From NCBI RefSeq assembly GCF_006345805.1, contig NC_043025.1, forward strand, positions 16,058,001 to 16,122,000: 64,000 nucleotides of DNA. The letters are read 5' to 3'. The position numbers were made by a program, and so were the translations under genes. Source of the DNA: Octopus sinensis. Its lineage: Eukaryota. This document shows, in pieces, positions 61,950-64,000 of this stretch; positions within the stretch are counted from its first letter, which is position 1; each line of letters opens with the position of its first letter. The notes beneath the pieces were generated by a model. The model saw nothing but the letters and a program-made list of their open reading frames with translations. It did not search any database and was not told where the DNA came from.

Positions 61950-64000
61950 GTTTGCTGCATGGGTGTCTGAGCAGCTCCATTTGGAGAGGGCACTGCTCAC
62001 CTGGAGACCGGAGAGGTTCTAGAAAAGGTGAACCAAAAATTGCCTGTCTTTCCATATCTGGTCAGTTGAGCACGACTGACGGATGTCCACCCTGCGCTCG
62101 AAAAACAAAGAGTCTTTTATCTATAAAATCTGGATGGAACTTAAACATTTCATGTTGGAATATGCGTACTCTGTTGGACAACAAGAGTGATTGCAGGCCT
62201 GAAAGATGCACTGCACTTGTTGCTCGTGTGCTGAACCATTATAAAATTGATATAGCTGCACTCTCAGAGACTCGTATAGAAGGTGATGGTCAGCTTGAGG
62301 AGGTAGAAGGTGGATACACCTTTTTTTGGAAAGGAAGGCAGAAGGAGGAGCGCAGAGAGGCTGGTGTTGGTTTTGCAGTCCGATCAGATATCTTTAAGAA
62401 GTTGGAAGAGCTCCCTGTTCCTATAAATGAACGTATAATGACCCTACGGTTGCACTTGAAAGGTAAGCGGTTTGCTACTCTAATAAGTGCCTATGCACCT
62501 ACTTTGACTAGCTGTGATGAAGATAAAACAATCTTTTATATCCAGCTGAGAGCCATACTTAGAAAAGTCCGCAATTCTGATAAAGTCTGGGGGATTTTAA
62601 TGCCAGGGTTGGAACAGACTGGTAAACATGGAACTCTCTAGGACGTTTTGGAGTAGGGAAAATGAATAGCAATGGTCTCATGCTACTGGAGCTTTGCGAA
62701 GAACATGGACTTTACATTGCAAGCACTCATTTTGCGCACAAAGGTGATCACACAACAACATGGATGCATCCAAGGTCCAAAGTTTGGCACTTGCTGGATT
62801 ATGTCATCATCCGCAAGCGCGACATTTATGACATTTGTAATGTCAAGTCCTTGCATGGATCAGAATGCTGGACAGACCACAGTCTGGTGCGAGCAAAGTT
62901 CCGAATGGTGATTAGGGCGAAAGAGAGAAGAGGACCAGTCAGCATTCCTCGCCGTCTAAATGTCCACAAGGTATATGACGTTGTGGTTAGGAAAGAGCTT
63001 CAGACTCGCTTGTCCAGCATTGAAACTGCTGCAGGATGGGAAGATTTTCGAGACCAGGTTGTTCAATGTGCAGCCGAAACACTGGGGTATGTTACTGCCA
63101 GACACAGAGACTGGTTTGATGAGAATGATGCTGAAATTCAACGACTATTAGTGGTGAAGTGCCATGCCCACAGTGTGTTGCTGCACAGAGAACTGTCTAC
63201 TGTGCAGCGAAGTCTAGCACTTGCCCACTATAACAGTGTAAAATCACTACTGCAGCGATCTCTCAGGAAGATGCAGAACACTTGGTGGGAGGATCTTGCT
63301 CGTGACGTTCAGGCTGCTGATGATGCAAATGACAGCAAGAAGCTTTACCATCTTATGAAGCGAGTTATGGACCTAAGAGCTCCACATCAGCTCCTTTGCT
63401 TTCCATGAAGTCTTCCACTATGTTTACTAAATCAACAGAAATCAGAGGTCGCTGGATCGAACACTTCTCTGAACTCCTAAACCATGAGTTAGTTGTGGAT
63501 GAAACAGTGATTGATACGATGAAACAAAGACCTATCATTGACTCCTTAGACTCCTCGCCATCAATACATGAAGTAATGACATCAATAAGTAAATTGAATC
63601 TTGGTAGGGCACCTGGAAAGGATGGAATTTGTGCTGAGGTCTTGAGATTTGATGGTAATTGCATCACACAGTCATGAACTTATTAGTGCAGTCTGGACGG
63701 ATGGTGCAATCCCTAAGGACTGGAAGGATGCAATTATTCTTCCTCTGTATAAAGGAAAAGGAACCAGAACAATGTGTGGTAACTACAGAGGTATTGCTCT
63801 ACTATCAGCTGCTGGCAAGGTTCTGGCAAATATTCTTCTTACCCGTCTGAATGGGTGTCTCGTAAATGATGTCCTATCTGAATCTCAATGTGGCTTCCGA
63901 TCTGGTAGAGGGACAATGGATATGATTTTCACAGCAAGACAGATGCAGGAGAAGTGCTATGAGCAGAATATGGATCTTGTCCAGGTATTCATTGATTTAA
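61950..64000 (+). mobile_element. RTE-BovB-like LINE (APE endonuclease plus start of RT), frameshifted, runs off the window
   Basis: CWNMRTLLD..RPERCTALVAR.L..YKIDIAALSETR..GYTFFW.G...GVGFA..NERIMTLRL..ISAYAPT; WMHPRSKVWHLLDYVI..TDH; RAPGKDGI; NYRGIALLS..GKVLA; ESQCGFRSGRGTMDMIF..RQMQEKC.EQN....FIDL. Frame breaks near 62590, 63380 and 63670. Confidence 0.93.

Overview
AT-rich eukaryotic genomic DNA dominated by (TA)n, (ATT)n, (ATC)n and (AGT)n microsatellites and several abundant SINE families. The repeat complement looks like a coleoid cephalopod, probably Octopus (inference from the repeat landscape, not from a search). Most ORFs in the supplied track are microsatellite or repeat artefacts. 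I found one real protein-coding gene, mostly missed by the ORF track: 11 small GT-AG exons on the + strand (5208-41075) splice in frame into the C-terminal ~293 aa of an amino acid/auxin permease (Aa_trans; SLC36/SLC38/AVT3-ANT1-like) transporter; its 5' exons probably lie upstream of the window. The rest is transposon debris: mariner/Tc1, CR1-like, RTE/RTEX, R4/Dong-like, Penelope-like (GIY-YIG), Helitron, hAT, piggyBac-like and pogo-like MITEs, and an RTE-BovB-like LINE running off the right edge. The most striking unannotated signal is a set of type I hammerhead ribozyme motifs: one fully canonical (44076-44150, minus strand) plus near-canonical and variant-core copies. Several are built into short palindromic elements that pair the ribozyme with its own antisense copy, and one sits sense-strand inside an intron of the transporter gene. 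Other notable structures are a 5'-inverted LINE with a target-site duplication, repeated tandem amplification of retroelement 3' ends, a 13x in-frame amplified mariner HTH segment, a 52-bp CCAAT-box satellite, head-to-tail Helitron+flank repeats, and a VNTR of cryptic splice donors.
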